From Candidatus Evtepia excrementipullorum (GTDB lineage Bacteria > Bacillota > Clostridia > Oscillospirales > Oscillospiraceae), in the NCBI GenBank assembly GCA_019118615.1, contig DWYQ01000133.1, positions 1-59,094 of the forward strand: a stretch of DNA of 59,094 nt, written 5' to 3'. A model generated the notes under the pieces. That model made no database searches. It had not been told where the DNA came from and was given only the letters and a program-made list of their open reading frames with translations. Both the position numbers and the translations under genes were made by a program. The number at the start of each line of letters is the position of its first letter. Positions within the stretch are counted from its first letter, which is position 1. Below, one piece after another: positions 1 to 8,930 of this stretch.

Positions 1-283
1 GCAAATCGCTTAGTCCCTGAGACGGGACAACCTTGTGCCAGTGGCCTGTGGTATCAAACTCCGGGTAGCGGTAACGCCACCTGTCGTAATCCTCTTTGAA
101 GATTTCGCCAACCTCCAGCATGGCAGCGGCCTGCTGCCAGGAGCAGAGCATCTCGTACAGCTGGGCGGCGTCCTTGCTCTTCCGTACATCAGCGGACTTC
201 TCCGGGAAGCCCAGCGCCATACCGAGATATTTCTGTGTCATCCCCAGCAAGAAACAGAAAGAGAAATTTTACGCCAATGCCAT
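1..283 (-). pseudogene. Degenerate XRE-family HTH regulator of the type carried on Clostridial integrative elements; runs off the left edge
   Basis: Minus strand from ATG 241 reads MTQKYLGMALGFPEKSADVR|KSKDAAQLYEMLCSWQQAAAMLEVGEIFKEDYDRWRYRYPEFDTTGHWHKVVPSQGLSDL. This matches the N- and C-terminal parts of a family I recall, with the middle missing. The upstream ATG at 283 hits TAA after 4 codons. Confidence 0.7.
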
Positions 284-339
284 ATACCTAGCTCCCATTT
301 GGGCTTTTCCAGCTTTTGCCGCAAAATACTTAGGCCCTT

Positions 340-777
340 TCAAAAATAACTGGCCAGACGCTCTCCCGTCTCTGCTGCCACCGTGAATGGCAGGACGAGA
401 TCCAAGATCTCTAAGGTCAGGCAGTGTTCCGAATAGAGGGTGATCCGGCAGAGTTCGGTCCAACCGTCGGGCTCGGTCTGGCCCAGCTGGATGGTATTCT
501 CCTGGAAGAGCACAAAGGATCCCAGTGGCTGTACCTCCTCGGGAAGCGCCTGGTAGGTCCAATGCGCCAACTCCAGGTTTTCCACGAATGCCGTGAGGTC
601 TTCCTGGGTAGAGAGGGTGTTGACCGTTTGGCCTGCAGAGTCCAACACCTGGACGGTTTGGGCCTTGGCGATGGTCTCCCCGTAGGACGCAGCATCCTGG
701 GTTCCCTGGTCTGTGTTCCCCTGGCAGCTGCAGAGGAGAAGGGCGCACAACAGCACCCCCAAGCAGAGTTTCTTCAT
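340..777 (-). CDS. Hypothetical lipoprotein
   Basis: MKKLCLGVLLCALLLCSC signal peptide with lipobox; AGGAGG RBS upstream of ATG 777. Confidence 0.8.
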   Translation of the reverse strand: MKKLCLGVLLCALLLCSCQGNTDQGTQDAASYGETIAKAQTVQVLDSAGQTVNTLSTQEDLTAFVENLELAHWTYQALPEEVQPLGSFVLFQENTIQLGQTEPDGWTELCRITLYSEHCLTLEILDLVLPFTVAAETGERLASYF

Positions 778-826
778 TCCGGTTCCTCCTGGTACACGCG
801 TGGTTACCCTGTAAGGGGTATCCCCC

Positions 827-1381
827 TTAGTCCACATGGCTGCTGGCCCGCATGGCCTGGATGGTCTGGTCGATGAGGTGATCCAGATCCCAGCCCAGCA
901 TCTCCGCCCCCTGGAGGATGACCTCCCGGGAGCAGCCGGCGGCAAACTTCTTGTCCTTGAACTTTTTCTTCACCGATTTGACCTCCAGATCGGACACACT
1001 CTTGGACGGCCGCATGATGGCCGCCGCTCCGATGAGACCGGTGAGCTCGTCGGTGGCAAAGAGGACCTTCTCCATCTGATGTTCGGGTTGAATGTCCACG
1101 GTGATGCCATAGCCATGGCTGGCGGTGGCGTGGATGATGGCCTCATCCACCCCTCGTGCCCGCATGATCTCCTGGGATTTGATGCAGTGCTGGTCGGGGT
1201 ATTGCTCAAAGTCCAGGTCGTGGAGCAGGCCCACGATGGACCAGAATTCCTTCTCCTCCCCGTAACCCAATTGCTCGGCAAACCAGCCCATCACGTCAGA
1301 GACAATATAGGCATGTTTTAAGTGAAACTCTCCCTGGTTGTACTCCTTCAGCAGGGCCAGGGCTTCGTCGTATGAAATCAT
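827..1381 (-). CDS. HD/HDIG-domain metal-dependent phosphohydrolase
   Basis: H..(GLLHDLD)..H..D HD-fold motifs; KSVKKKFKDKKFAAG C-terminal signature. Confidence 0.9.
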   Translation of the reverse strand: MISYDEALALLKEYNQGEFHLKHAYIVSDVMGWFAEQLGYGEEKEFWSIVGLLHDLDFEQYPDQHCIKSQEIMRARGVDEAIIHATASHGYGITVDIQPEHQMEKVLFATDELTGLIGAAAIMRPSKSVSDLEVKSVKKKFKDKKFAAGCSREVILQGAEMLGWDLDHLIDQTIQAMRASSHVD

Positions 1382-1409
1382 GTTACGATTCTCCTCTCCT
1401 GTGTTGTTC

Positions 1410-2267
1410 TTACCAGGTCCCTTCCCGGAAGGCCTGGATCATGTGGTTGGTCAAGCTATAGCCGTCTGGGGCCAGGTCAATCTCCTCTCGGCGGTACCAG
1501 CCTGCCTGGGAGAGCTCCTGCCGGTCCATATGGATCTCCCCTGTTCCGTCCAGCTGGGCAAAGAATCCCAGGAGAAGGTTGGAGTCCACCCCCCAGGGCT
1601 GGCTGCCGTAGTAGCGGATGTTTTTGATCTGGAGGCCGACCTCCTCCATCACCTCCCGGCGGACGGTGTCCTCTGCGGTCTCTCCGATCTCCGTAAACCC
1701 TGCAATCAGGGCATAGCCTTTGTAGGCCCGGCCCTGGTAACGGGTCATAAGGATACGGTCCCCGTCCGTCACGGCCACAATGACCGCCGGCGCAATCTTG
1801 GGATAGATCAGGTTGCCGCAGCGGGGGCAGCGGAGCATCCGCTCCCTATCGTCGGGCTGGGTCTCCCCGCCGCAGCGGCCGCAGAACTGGTTGTCCCGAT
1901 ACCAAAGGGACAGGTGGTAGGCCGTGGACTCGGCAAAGCGGAGGAGGCGGGGCTTCTTGGCCCGGTGCTCCCGGAGGTTGTACCAGGCATACCCCAGGGG
2001 CAGGGGATCTTTCCTCCCTTCCGTGCACAGATAGTAATCCGTCTCGTCGATCCGGAAGAGCCAACGGCTCTCCCCCGGGGCTGCACCCAGCTCCCCCCAA
2101 GTGGGAAGGGTCAGCTGGCCATCCACCTCCCGCTCCAAAATTTCCCGGCCGCGAAACAGGAAACAACGGCTACTCTCTTGGGGCAGGCAGGGAGCATATG
2201 CCACCTGATAGCGGTGAGGGGCAATGTCCTGGATCATCGGCAGGCGGGCAGAAGGCTGCCTATCCAC
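1410..2267 (-). CDS. nudC: NAD(+)/NADH diphosphatase NudC
   Basis: Zn ribbon FCGRCG..CPRCG, Nudix box GETAEDTVRREVMEEVGL, SQPW motif; GTG start overlaps upstream stop. Confidence 0.93.
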   Translation of the reverse strand: MDRQPSARLPMIQDIAPHRYQVAYAPCLPQESSRCFLFRGREILEREVDGQLTLPTWGELGAAPGESRWLFRIDETDYYLCTEGRKDPLPLGYAWYNLREHRAKKPRLLRFAESTAYHLSLWYRDNQFCGRCGGETQPDDRERMLRCPRCGNLIYPKIAPAVIVAVTDGDRILMTRYQGRAYKGYALIAGFTEIGETAEDTVRREVMEEVGLQIKNIRYYGSQPWGVDSNLLLGFFAQLDGTGEIHMDRQELSQAGWYRREEIDLAPDGYSLTNHMIQAFREGTW

Positions 2268-3912
2268 GGTTTTCCCCTCCTTCCCCTTTGGGACGGCGGA
2301 GGTCCCGCCAGAACTCGTACTCTGGGTCCACCATCTCCATCTGCTCCGGAGTCAGCCCCATGGGGCCGTCCCGGAAGAGGCGGGGATCCATATACCGAAT
2401 GTATTCAGGAATCACCGGTTGGAACTCCATCTGGTCCAGGATGTCCCGCTGAAGGTCCACCCCGTGGGCGATTTCCACCAGGGTGATGCCCTCTTTCTCC
2501 AGGCGGAACACCGCCCGCTCGGTGATATAGAGGACTTCCTGCCCCTTCCGCACCGCTTCCCGGCCAGAGAAGGTGATGGACTCCACCTCCGCCAAAAACT
2601 TCTTCTGGGGACCCTGGGTGTGGATCACCAGGCCATTGTCCCGCAGGCCCACGTCCTGCTTGCCTGCGGTGAACGTGCCGATGAAGCAGAGTTTTTGGGC
2701 GTTCTGGGTGATGTCGATAAAGCCCCCCGGGCCCACCATCCGCCCGTGGAAGCTGGAGGCGTTCACGTTGCCGTACCGGTCCACCTCGGCAAAGCCCAGC
2801 ACCGCCATGTCCAAGGCGCCGCCATCGTAGAGCTGGAGGGTATCCGACATCCGGTACATGGCCTCTGGATTCACCGAAGCGCCAAACTCCATCCCCCCCA
2901 AGGGGATGCCCCCAATGGGGCCACACTCTACCGAGACGGTGAAAAGGTCTGACAGCCCCTCTTCCGCAGCCACAGAGCCAATGCCGCCGGGCATCCCTAT
3001 GCCCAGGTTGATGAGGGAATCTGGGCGCAGCTCCATTACGGCCCGGCGGCAGCAAATCTTCCGGGGCCCCATAGCCAGGGGGGGCACCTCCTCCGTGGGG
3101 ATCTGGGCCAAACCGGCAATCTCCGGGCGGAACCGGTCGTTGGCAAAACTCTGGTGGCTGTACTCCGGGCGGCCCTCCACCAGGTAATCCACCATGAACC
3201 CGTGGATGAGGACCTCTTTGGCCGGAATGGTGCCCCGTTTGACAATCTGGTCCACCTGGGCAATGACGATGCCGCCGGCGTTGTGGACAGCGGCAGCCAC
3301 CTCAAACTGCTCCACATTCATGGCCTCATTGCGGATGGAGAGGTTGCCTGCCTCGTCCCCATAGGTGGCGCGGAGGAAGCAGACATCCAGGGGAAAGGCC
3401 GGATAGAACAGGCACTCCCTTCCTCCCAACTCGATGAGGGAGACCACTTCCCTGCCTGTGTCCTTGGCCCGTTGGTTGATCTTGCCGCCGCCGTTGCGGG
3501 GATCGGCAAAGGTGCCCAAGCCGGTGGTGGCAATGGCACCGGGCAGCCCCCCTGCAATGGCCTGGAAGAGTTTCATCAAATTCCCCAGGGGGAGCATGTA
3601 GCAAGCCGCCTGTTCCTCCTGAACCAATTTCCGTAGGCCTGGGTCATAGCCCATATGGGAGAGGATCAATTCCCGGAACATTCCGGGTTTCTCGGCCAGG
3701 CGGCTGATGCCCCGGCCCTTTCCATCCCCTTGGCTGGTGCACTTGACCAGGGTCAGATCCCTGGGGTGGCCTGTCTTATCATAGTGCTCTGCCAGAGCCA
3801 TCATCAGATCCTCTGGGCAGCCAAAACCGTTGAACCCTGTGGTGACAAGGGTACAACCATCTTTCACCAACGCCGCTGCTTGGGCGGCGGTGAGTCGCTT
3901 TTCCATGGGCAT
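2260..3912 (-). CDS. Family I acyl-CoA:acetate/propionate CoA-transferase (YdiF/Pct-like, fused alpha/beta)
   Basis: GLGTFADPRNGGGKIN, INLGIGMP, catalytic VECG glutamate, GPGGFIDITQNA, YITERAVF; AAGGAG RBS before ATG 3912. Confidence 0.92.
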   Translation of the reverse strand: MPMEKRLTAAQAAALVKDGCTLVTTGFNGFGCPEDLMMALAEHYDKTGHPRDLTLVKCTSQGDGKGRGISRLAEKPGMFRELILSHMGYDPGLRKLVQEEQAACYMLPLGNLMKLFQAIAGGLPGAIATTGLGTFADPRNGGGKINQRAKDTGREVVSLIELGGRECLFYPAFPLDVCFLRATYGDEAGNLSIRNEAMNVEQFEVAAAVHNAGGIVIAQVDQIVKRGTIPAKEVLIHGFMVDYLVEGRPEYSHQSFANDRFRPEIAGLAQIPTEEVPPLAMGPRKICCRRAVMELRPDSLINLGIGMPGGIGSVAAEEGLSDLFTVSVECGPIGGIPLGGMEFGASVNPEAMYRMSDTLQLYDGGALDMAVLGFAEVDRYGNVNASSFHGRMVGPGGFIDITQNAQKLCFIGTFTAGKQDVGLRDNGLVIHTQGPQKKFLAEVESITFSGREAVRKGQEVLYITERAVFRLEKEGITLVEIAHGVDLQRDILDQMEFQPVIPEYIRYMDPRLFRDGPMGLTPEQMEMVDPEYEFWRDLRRPKGEGGENRG

Positions 3913-3957
3913 TGCTCTCCTTGTTGTCTCGCGCTGCGGGGGCACTCCCTGCCTCAG

Positions 3958-4005
3958 CGCTGCCATTTCCATGGGATATTATACCATGGAAATGGCAGCG
4001 GACAA
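3958..4005 (-). promoter_or_regulatory. sigma-A promoter of the CoA-transferase operon embedded in a perfect 17-bp inverted repeat
   Basis: Minus strand TTGTCC-16-TATAAT with TG extension; arms 3958-3974 and 3984-4000 are exact reverse complements. Confidence 0.7.
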
Positions 4006-4114
4006 GCAGGCAGCTCCCCTTTCTCATCATTTTTCTGAGATTTCCTTGCATCTTGCCCGGCAACTGCCTATACTGGGAACAGAGAATTTCCCTTTGCCGT
4101 TAGGAAGTGTTTCT

Positions 4115-4798
4115 ATGCAGGATACCCTCCCCATGCACGTCATCGCCACCATGCACAGCGCCTTTCCCGCCAAGTTCGGCATCCCCCGACAGAGCGGGCT
4201 GGTGGACACCCTGCGTTCCACCATCGTATTTCAGCCAGAATACCGGAATCCAGACGCCCTGCGGGGGTTGGAGGGGTTCTCCCACCTTTGGGTGGTGTGG
4301 GTGTTTTCCCAAGCGGTTCGGAACACCTGGTCCCCCACGGTCCGCCCGCCTCGGCTGGGCGGGAACACCCGCATGGGGGTGTTTGCCACCCGGTCCCCCT
4401 TCCGTCCCAACCCCATCGGCCTTTCCTGCGTGAAGATTGACCGTGTGGAGCAGCACCCGGAACTGGGGCCGGTGATCCATGTGCTGGGGGCCGATCTCCT
4501 GGACGGCACCCCCATCCTGGACCTGAAACCCTACCTCCCCTATGCCGATGCCCACCCGGAAGCGGCCGGGGGATTCACCGACGGGTACCAAGGGTACCGG
4601 TTGGAGGTGAACTTTCCGCCAGAACTCCTGGCTGCCGTTCCCTTGGAGAACCGGGAGGCCCTCCAGGGGGTGCTGGCCCAGGACCCTCGTCCCTCCTACC
4701 AAGCCGATCCCCAACGGGTCTATGGCATGGCCTTCGGCGGACAGAACATCCGCTTTACCGTGGCGGAGGGCGTCCTCACGGTGGTGGCGGTGGAATAA
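4115..4798 (+). CDS. tsaA: tRNA (N6-threonylcarbamoyladenosine(37)-N6)-methyltransferase TrmO/TsaA
   Basis: KFGIPRQSGLV, VRPPRLGGN..GVFATRSPFRPNPIGLS, DGTPILDLKPY; promoter TTGCAT-17-TATACT at 4046-4074. Confidence 0.95.
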   Translation: MQDTLPMHVIATMHSAFPAKFGIPRQSGLVDTLRSTIVFQPEYRNPDALRGLEGFSHLWVVWVFSQAVRNTWSPTVRPPRLGGNTRMGVFATRSPFRPNPIGLSCVKIDRVEQHPELGPVIHVLGADLLDGTPILDLKPYLPYADAHPEAAGGFTDGYQGYRLEVNFPPELLAAVPLENREALQGVLAQDPRPSYQADPQRVYGMAFGGQNIRFTVAEGVLTVVAVE

Positions 4799-4812
4799 TC
4801 TCCGGGTAACAG

Positions 4813-4844
4813 AAGCGGACCGTTCCCAAGGGAACGGTCCGCTT
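4813..4844. terminator. Intrinsic terminator between convergent tsaA and M23 gene
   Basis: 15-bp stem aagcggaccgttccc/gggaacggtccgctt. Confidence 0.8.
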
Positions 4845-4872
4845 TCTCTCTTGTTTGATTGTGTACGGTTGC

Positions 4873-6171
4873 TCAGAAGCAGTATGCCACGGGGTTCACC
4901 CGGCTGCTGCTGGAACTGTTGAGCCAAATCTCAAAGTGGAGATGGTTCCCGGTGGAGCTGCCGGTGGTACCCACATAGCCAATGACCTGGCCCTGGGACA
5001 CCGTCTGACCCACGGAAACAGCCCGCTGAGACTGGTGCGCATAGAGGGAACGAGAGCCGTCGCTGTGGGCGATGACCACATAGTTACCATAGGAGGAACC
5101 ATAGGTAGAGACCACGACTACGCCGCTCTTGGTGGCCATGATGGGCGTTCCGCTGGGAGCGGGCACGTCACAACCGCCGTGGAGCTCCTGCCCGTGGAAG
5201 GGGCAGTTCCGGTAACCGAAAGGAGACGAGACCCGGGTGTACCCGGACAGCGGCCACAGGAACCCGCTGGAGCTGGCACTGCCGCCACCGCTGGGGGTGT
5301 TCGTGCTGCCGCTGTTACTGCTACTAGACTGGCCTTTCGAGGCCTCTTCCTGCGCCTTTTTGGCTTCCTCGGCCTTCCGCTGGGCTTCAAGCTGCGCTTG
5401 ATAGTCCTTCTCCGCCTGGGCAATCTGGCTGGCGATGGTAGCAGAGTCATCCTCCAGCTCGTCCATCTTCTGGGCATACACGCTAGACTGGCTTTCGATC
5501 TCAGAGATCACCGCGTCTACGTTGGCCTGCTCCGTTTCCAGTTCCGCCTTCTGGCTTTCCAGATCCGCCTTAGCAGCCTCCTCGGCAGCCTTGTTCTCCT
5601 CCAGATCTGCCTTGGCATCTGCCACAGCCTGACGGGCGGCAGCCAAGTTGTCCATCACCTGGTTGTCATAGTCCATGACTTCCGAAATGGCGTTGATCTG
5701 GTCCAGCAAGTCCGAAAAGCTGTTGGCATTGAAGAGAACGGACCAATAGGACACATTCCCCCGCTCCTCCATGCTGCGGACTCTCTGGTTGAACTCCTCC
5801 TGGTACTTGGCTTCTTCCTCTTGGGCTTCTGCCAGTTCCACTTCCTTCTGGTCGATCATCTCGCCGTAATCCTGGATGGCTTGCTCAGAGAGAGCAATCT
5901 GCTCCTGGAGTACGTTGATCTTCTCTTCCAGCAGGAACTTCTGGTCTAAGGCAGCGTTCTGGGAGTTTTCCAGCTCGTCCAGTTTACTCTGGAGATCTGC
6001 TTGCTGCTCTTTCAGACTGGAGGCCTGGGACTTCATATCATCAATTTCGTCCTGGGTCACCGCCTGGGCTGCCGGCAGAGCCGAAGCCATGACAAACAGC
6101 AACATGATCGCCGTCATAAGCCATGCGACGAACCGCTTCCCCCGCTCCTTAGAGCATAGGATGTGCTGCAT
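4873..6171 (-). CDS. Secreted coiled-coil + M23 peptidoglycan endopeptidase (CwlO/EnvC-like architecture)
   Basis: Signal peptide, long coiled coil with SFSDLL motif, Ser/Gly linker, HxxxD (HGGCD) and HLH (GNHLHFE) M23 motifs; GAGGTG RBS. Confidence 0.92.
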   Translation of the reverse strand: MQHILCSKERGKRFVAWLMTAIMLLFVMASALPAAQAVTQDEIDDMKSQASSLKEQQADLQSKLDELENSQNAALDQKFLLEEKINVLQEQIALSEQAIQDYGEMIDQKEVELAEAQEEEAKYQEEFNQRVRSMEERGNVSYWSVLFNANSFSDLLDQINAISEVMDYDNQVMDNLAAARQAVADAKADLEENKAAEEAAKADLESQKAELETEQANVDAVISEIESQSSVYAQKMDELEDDSATIASQIAQAEKDYQAQLEAQRKAEEAKKAQEEASKGQSSSSNSGSTNTPSGGGSASSSGFLWPLSGYTRVSSPFGYRNCPFHGQELHGGCDVPAPSGTPIMATKSGVVVVSTYGSSYGNYVVIAHSDGSRSLYAHQSQRAVSVGQTVSQGQVIGYVGTTGSSTGNHLHFEIWLNSSSSSRVNPVAYCF

Positions 6172-6226
6172 AGTAGATTCACCTCGTAACGTTTTCTTCT
6201 CGTAAGTTGATCCTACTAACAGGGGC

Positions 6227-6375
6227 AGTATAACACACTCTGGAAAGAATTGCAAGAAGAAAACAAAAGTTTAACAAAAGTGTAACAGTGCCAGCTGTAT
6301 TTTCCGATAGAATTTCCTGGTATCTACAAGAGGCCCACTTCGTTTTATTATACTGTTTTCCCCCTGAAATTGCAA
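6227..6375 (-). promoter_or_regulatory. Tandem sigma-A promoters plus WalR-like direct repeats upstream of the M23 gene
   Basis: TTGCAA-17-TATACT (6255-6227) and TTGCAA-17-TATAAT (6375-6347); TGTTAC-acttt-TGTTAA-acttt-TGTTTT at 6287-6260. Confidence 0.65.
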
Positions 6376-6384
6376 CCAAATTCC

Positions 6385-7161
6385 TCACATTTTCTCCAGG
6401 TTTTCCGTACCTCTCCCTTGCAAAAATGCCACCGCAAGGGAGAGTACTTGCTCCAATTCTCCCGGCCCCATCAGGTTGTGTTCCCCCTGGGGAAGGATGG
6501 TAAGCTGGGCACCAAATCGGGTGGCAAACCGCTGTGCCGCCTTCACCGGTGCCACCTGGTCCTGCCCTCCGTGAACCATGGCCACCTGGGCACTGCCCTG
6601 CCGGTACCGGGTAAAGAGATTGTACTCCGCCAGATCATCCAAAAAGGCCGGCGTGATCCGCATTTCTCGGACGTAGTCGTACTGCGGGACAAAGTAGCCC
6701 TGCCGGGCCAGGTCCTCCTGGGCCCGCTGGTTCAGGAGCCACCCAGCTGCCAAGGCCGGCATGGTCACAGCTGCCGAGCGCAGGAAGGCCTTCCTTTGCC
6801 GGTGCGGGTGCTGTGCCAGGTAGAGCAGCGTGATATACGCCCCAAAACTAGAGGCAAAGTAGGAGATCTCCGCCTGGGGATTTCTGGCCAGGAGATGGGC
6901 CTCCACCTCTGCCAGATCGTCTATGCAGAAGGGCACCCGGAGGCCCTCCTCCCCCACCGGGCTTTCTCCGTGGGCGGGAAAATCAAAACTGTATACCCCG
7001 ATCCCATGGGCTGGCAAGGTTTGGTCCAGGGCCTGTACCATGGGGCTGTTCTTACTGCTGCCGAACCCATGGCAGACTATGGCTACCTGGTTCTGCCCAT
7101 CCCAGTTGTTCCGGCAGGCAATCCGGTAGCCGTGCCGGCTGACCACCCATTCTTGTTGCAT
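6385..7161 (-). CDS. Alpha/beta hydrolase
   Basis: VCHGFGS oxyanion loop, ASSFGA nucleophile elbow, HGGQDQVAP, GEH catalytic His. Confidence 0.9.
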   Translation of the reverse strand: MQQEWVVSRHGYRIACRNNWDGQNQVAIVCHGFGSSKNSPMVQALDQTLPAHGIGVYSFDFPAHGESPVGEEGLRVPFCIDDLAEVEAHLLARNPQAEISYFASSFGAYITLLYLAQHPHRQRKAFLRSAAVTMPALAAGWLLNQRAQEDLARQGYFVPQYDYVREMRITPAFLDDLAEYNLFTRYRQGSAQVAMVHGGQDQVAPVKAAQRFATRFGAQLTILPQGEHNLMGPGELEQVLSLAVAFLQGRGTENLEKM

Positions 7162-7251
7162 GGTGTTCCCTCCTCCTTCTTCCTGGAAGTATGGTTACCC
7201 CCATTGTGGCATAGTTTTCTCAGGCCGTCAAGGGATCCCCTTTGGCAAGAA

Positions 7252-7280
7252 TTGACACTGTCCCCCGGTTATGATATGAT
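7252..7280 (+). promoter_or_regulatory. sigma-A promoter of ferritin
   Basis: TTGACA-17-TATGAT with TG extension. Confidence 0.7.
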
Positions 7281-7388
7281 CATTCCGGATAAACTCCCTA
7301 TGGTTTCTCTGGGTTTTCTGTGACTGCAGTTGCCCACTGGATACACTGGCCAATCCCAACCAATTCTAACAAAGAAAGGATGTTTTCT

Positions 7389-7901
7389 ATGCTGAAGAAA
7401 GAAGTCGCCGCTCTGCTGGAGCAGCAGATCAACAAGGAGTTCTACTCCGCCTATCTGTACCTGGACATGTCCAACTATTACTATGGCAAGAACCTGGATG
7501 GGTTCGGCAACTGGTTTAAAATTCAGGCCCAGGAAGAGCGGGACCACGCCATGCTCTTCCTGACCTACCTGCAGAACAACGGCGAGTGCCCCAAGCTCAG
7601 CGCCATTGAGGCCCCCGATAAGGTGTATGAGTCCTTCCGGGATCCCCTGGCCGCCTCCCTGGCCCACGAGGAGTATGTCACCTCCCTGATCAACGCCATC
7701 TATGCCGAGGCCATGAAGGCCAACGACTTCCGCACCCTCCAGTTCCTGGATTGGTTCGTGAAGGAGCAGGGCGAGGAGGAGAAGAACGCCAACGATCTGC
7801 TGGGCCGGTTCGATCTGTTCGCCTCTGACATCAAGGGTCTGTATGCACTGGACTCTGAAATGGGCGCACGGACTTACAGCGCACCTTCCCTGACCCTGTA
7901 A
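7389..7901 (+). CDS. ftnA: Non-heme ferritin
   Basis: QINKEFYSAYLY, EERDHA, HEEYVT, FLDWFVKEQGEEE ferroxidase residues. Confidence 0.95.
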   Translation: MLKKEVAALLEQQINKEFYSAYLYLDMSNYYYGKNLDGFGNWFKIQAQEERDHAMLFLTYLQNNGECPKLSAIEAPDKVYESFRDPLAASLAHEEYVTSLINAIYAEAMKANDFRTLQFLDWFVKEQGEEEKNANDLLGRFDLFASDIKGLYALDSEMGARTYSAPSLTL

Positions 7902-7924
7902 GAGCCGCCCTCTTCTCTGTACGC

Positions 7925-7965
7925 AAGCCCCCCTCGAGGCAGGACTCTGGCCTCGAGGGGGGCTT
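7925..7965. terminator. Terminator between ferritin and anti-sigma gene
   Basis: 16-bp stem aagcccccctcgaggc/gcctcgaggggggctt. Confidence 0.75.
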
Positions 7966-7976
7966 TCTCTGTAACA

Positions 7977-8930
7977 CTACTCCGTTGGTTGGGAGAAAAT
8001 GTACGACACGCCGTTGATCCGCAGGCCGCGGTAGTCCTCCAAATCCAGGACACGGACGGCCAGAGGGCTGCCGGCACACCAGTAGCCGGAGAACCACTGC
8101 GTGTCCCCGCCGGAATACCCTGCCATATGGCAGCCCAAGTCCTCTCCCATCTCCACCACGGTTCCGTCGGTTCGAAGGAGCTCTAGGGTGACCTCCCCTC
8201 CCCCTGGCACCGTGCACTGAAATCCAATGGGGGACAGATAGCACACCGTTCCCGCCCCTTCCGCAGGATGTTCCGGGACCAGCAGGTATCCGGGCAAAAG
8301 ATACTGCGAAACGTCTACCTCCAAGGTAAGCCCTTCGTACGTGAAGCAGACGTTCTCAATCTCCTGCAGCGAGAGGTCCTCCGGGAAGGTCACCGTAACC
8401 AGCGCGGTGAGATCTGCCCCCGCAAAGGGGGTGCTTGCGACGCTGCGGAACCCTCTCTGCTCGGTGTATACCCCGCTGTTCCATTGGGTGCTATTCACTG
8501 GGGTCCCATTCTCGGCGGTAGCATAGAGCTGGAAGCCACTCTGCGTCTCCGCGCTGTGCTTGGTCAGTTGCTCTTTGACCGCTTGGGTTTGCCCCACAAA
8601 GGAGACCAGCAGATGGCAGAGGTGTTCGTCTGCGACGGCCCCCTCCAGCCGGAGTTCCACGGCGTCGTTGGCCACCGAGGTCGAGGCTGAGAGGAAACGG
8701 TCCCAATCCGCCTCTGTCCGCCCTTGAAAGTACTGCGACAGCGGGTCAAACACCCCAGCTGCAAAGGCCACCGACAGGGAGAGTAGGAGAGCCACCGCTA
8801 GGCAAGCGGCCCAGCGCAGAAGCTTTCTGGGGGGGCGCCGGACCGGGGTGGTGAGACACCGCTGTTCCGCTTCCGCCACCAGGTTCATGTCGATCTGCCC
8901 CATGGCATCCATCCAGTGTTCTGCCTTCAT
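7977..8930 (-). CDS. Putative anti-sigma factor (DUF4179-like, single TM helix)
   Basis: Overlaps ECF sigma stop (ATGA); DAMGQIDMNLVAEA N-terminus, basic patch then hydrophobic helix WAACLAVALLLSLSVAFAA. Confidence 0.75.
   Translation of the reverse strand: MKAEHWMDAMGQIDMNLVAEAEQRCLTTPVRRPPRKLLRWAACLAVALLLSLSVAFAAGVFDPLSQYFQGRTEADWDRFLSASTSVANDAVELRLEGAVADEHLCHLLVSFVGQTQAVKEQLTKHSAETQSGFQLYATAENGTPVNSTQWNSGVYTEQRGFRSVASTPFAGADLTALVTVTFPEDLSLQEIENVCFTYEGLTLEVDVSQYLLPGYLLVPEHPAEGAGTVCYLSPIGFQCTVPGGGEVTLELLRTDGTVVEMGEDLGCHMAGYSGGDTQWFSGYWCAGSPLAVRVLDLEDYRGLRINGVSYIFSQPTE

Noticed and set aside
35-386. Plus-strand ORFs 35-349 and 96-386
   Set aside because: No RBS or motifs; they lie antisense to the XRE pseudogene, which explains the region better.
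7258-7300. Fur/PerR box at the ferritin promoter
   Set aside because: TATGATATGATCATT is only a partial match and overlaps the -10; insufficient support.
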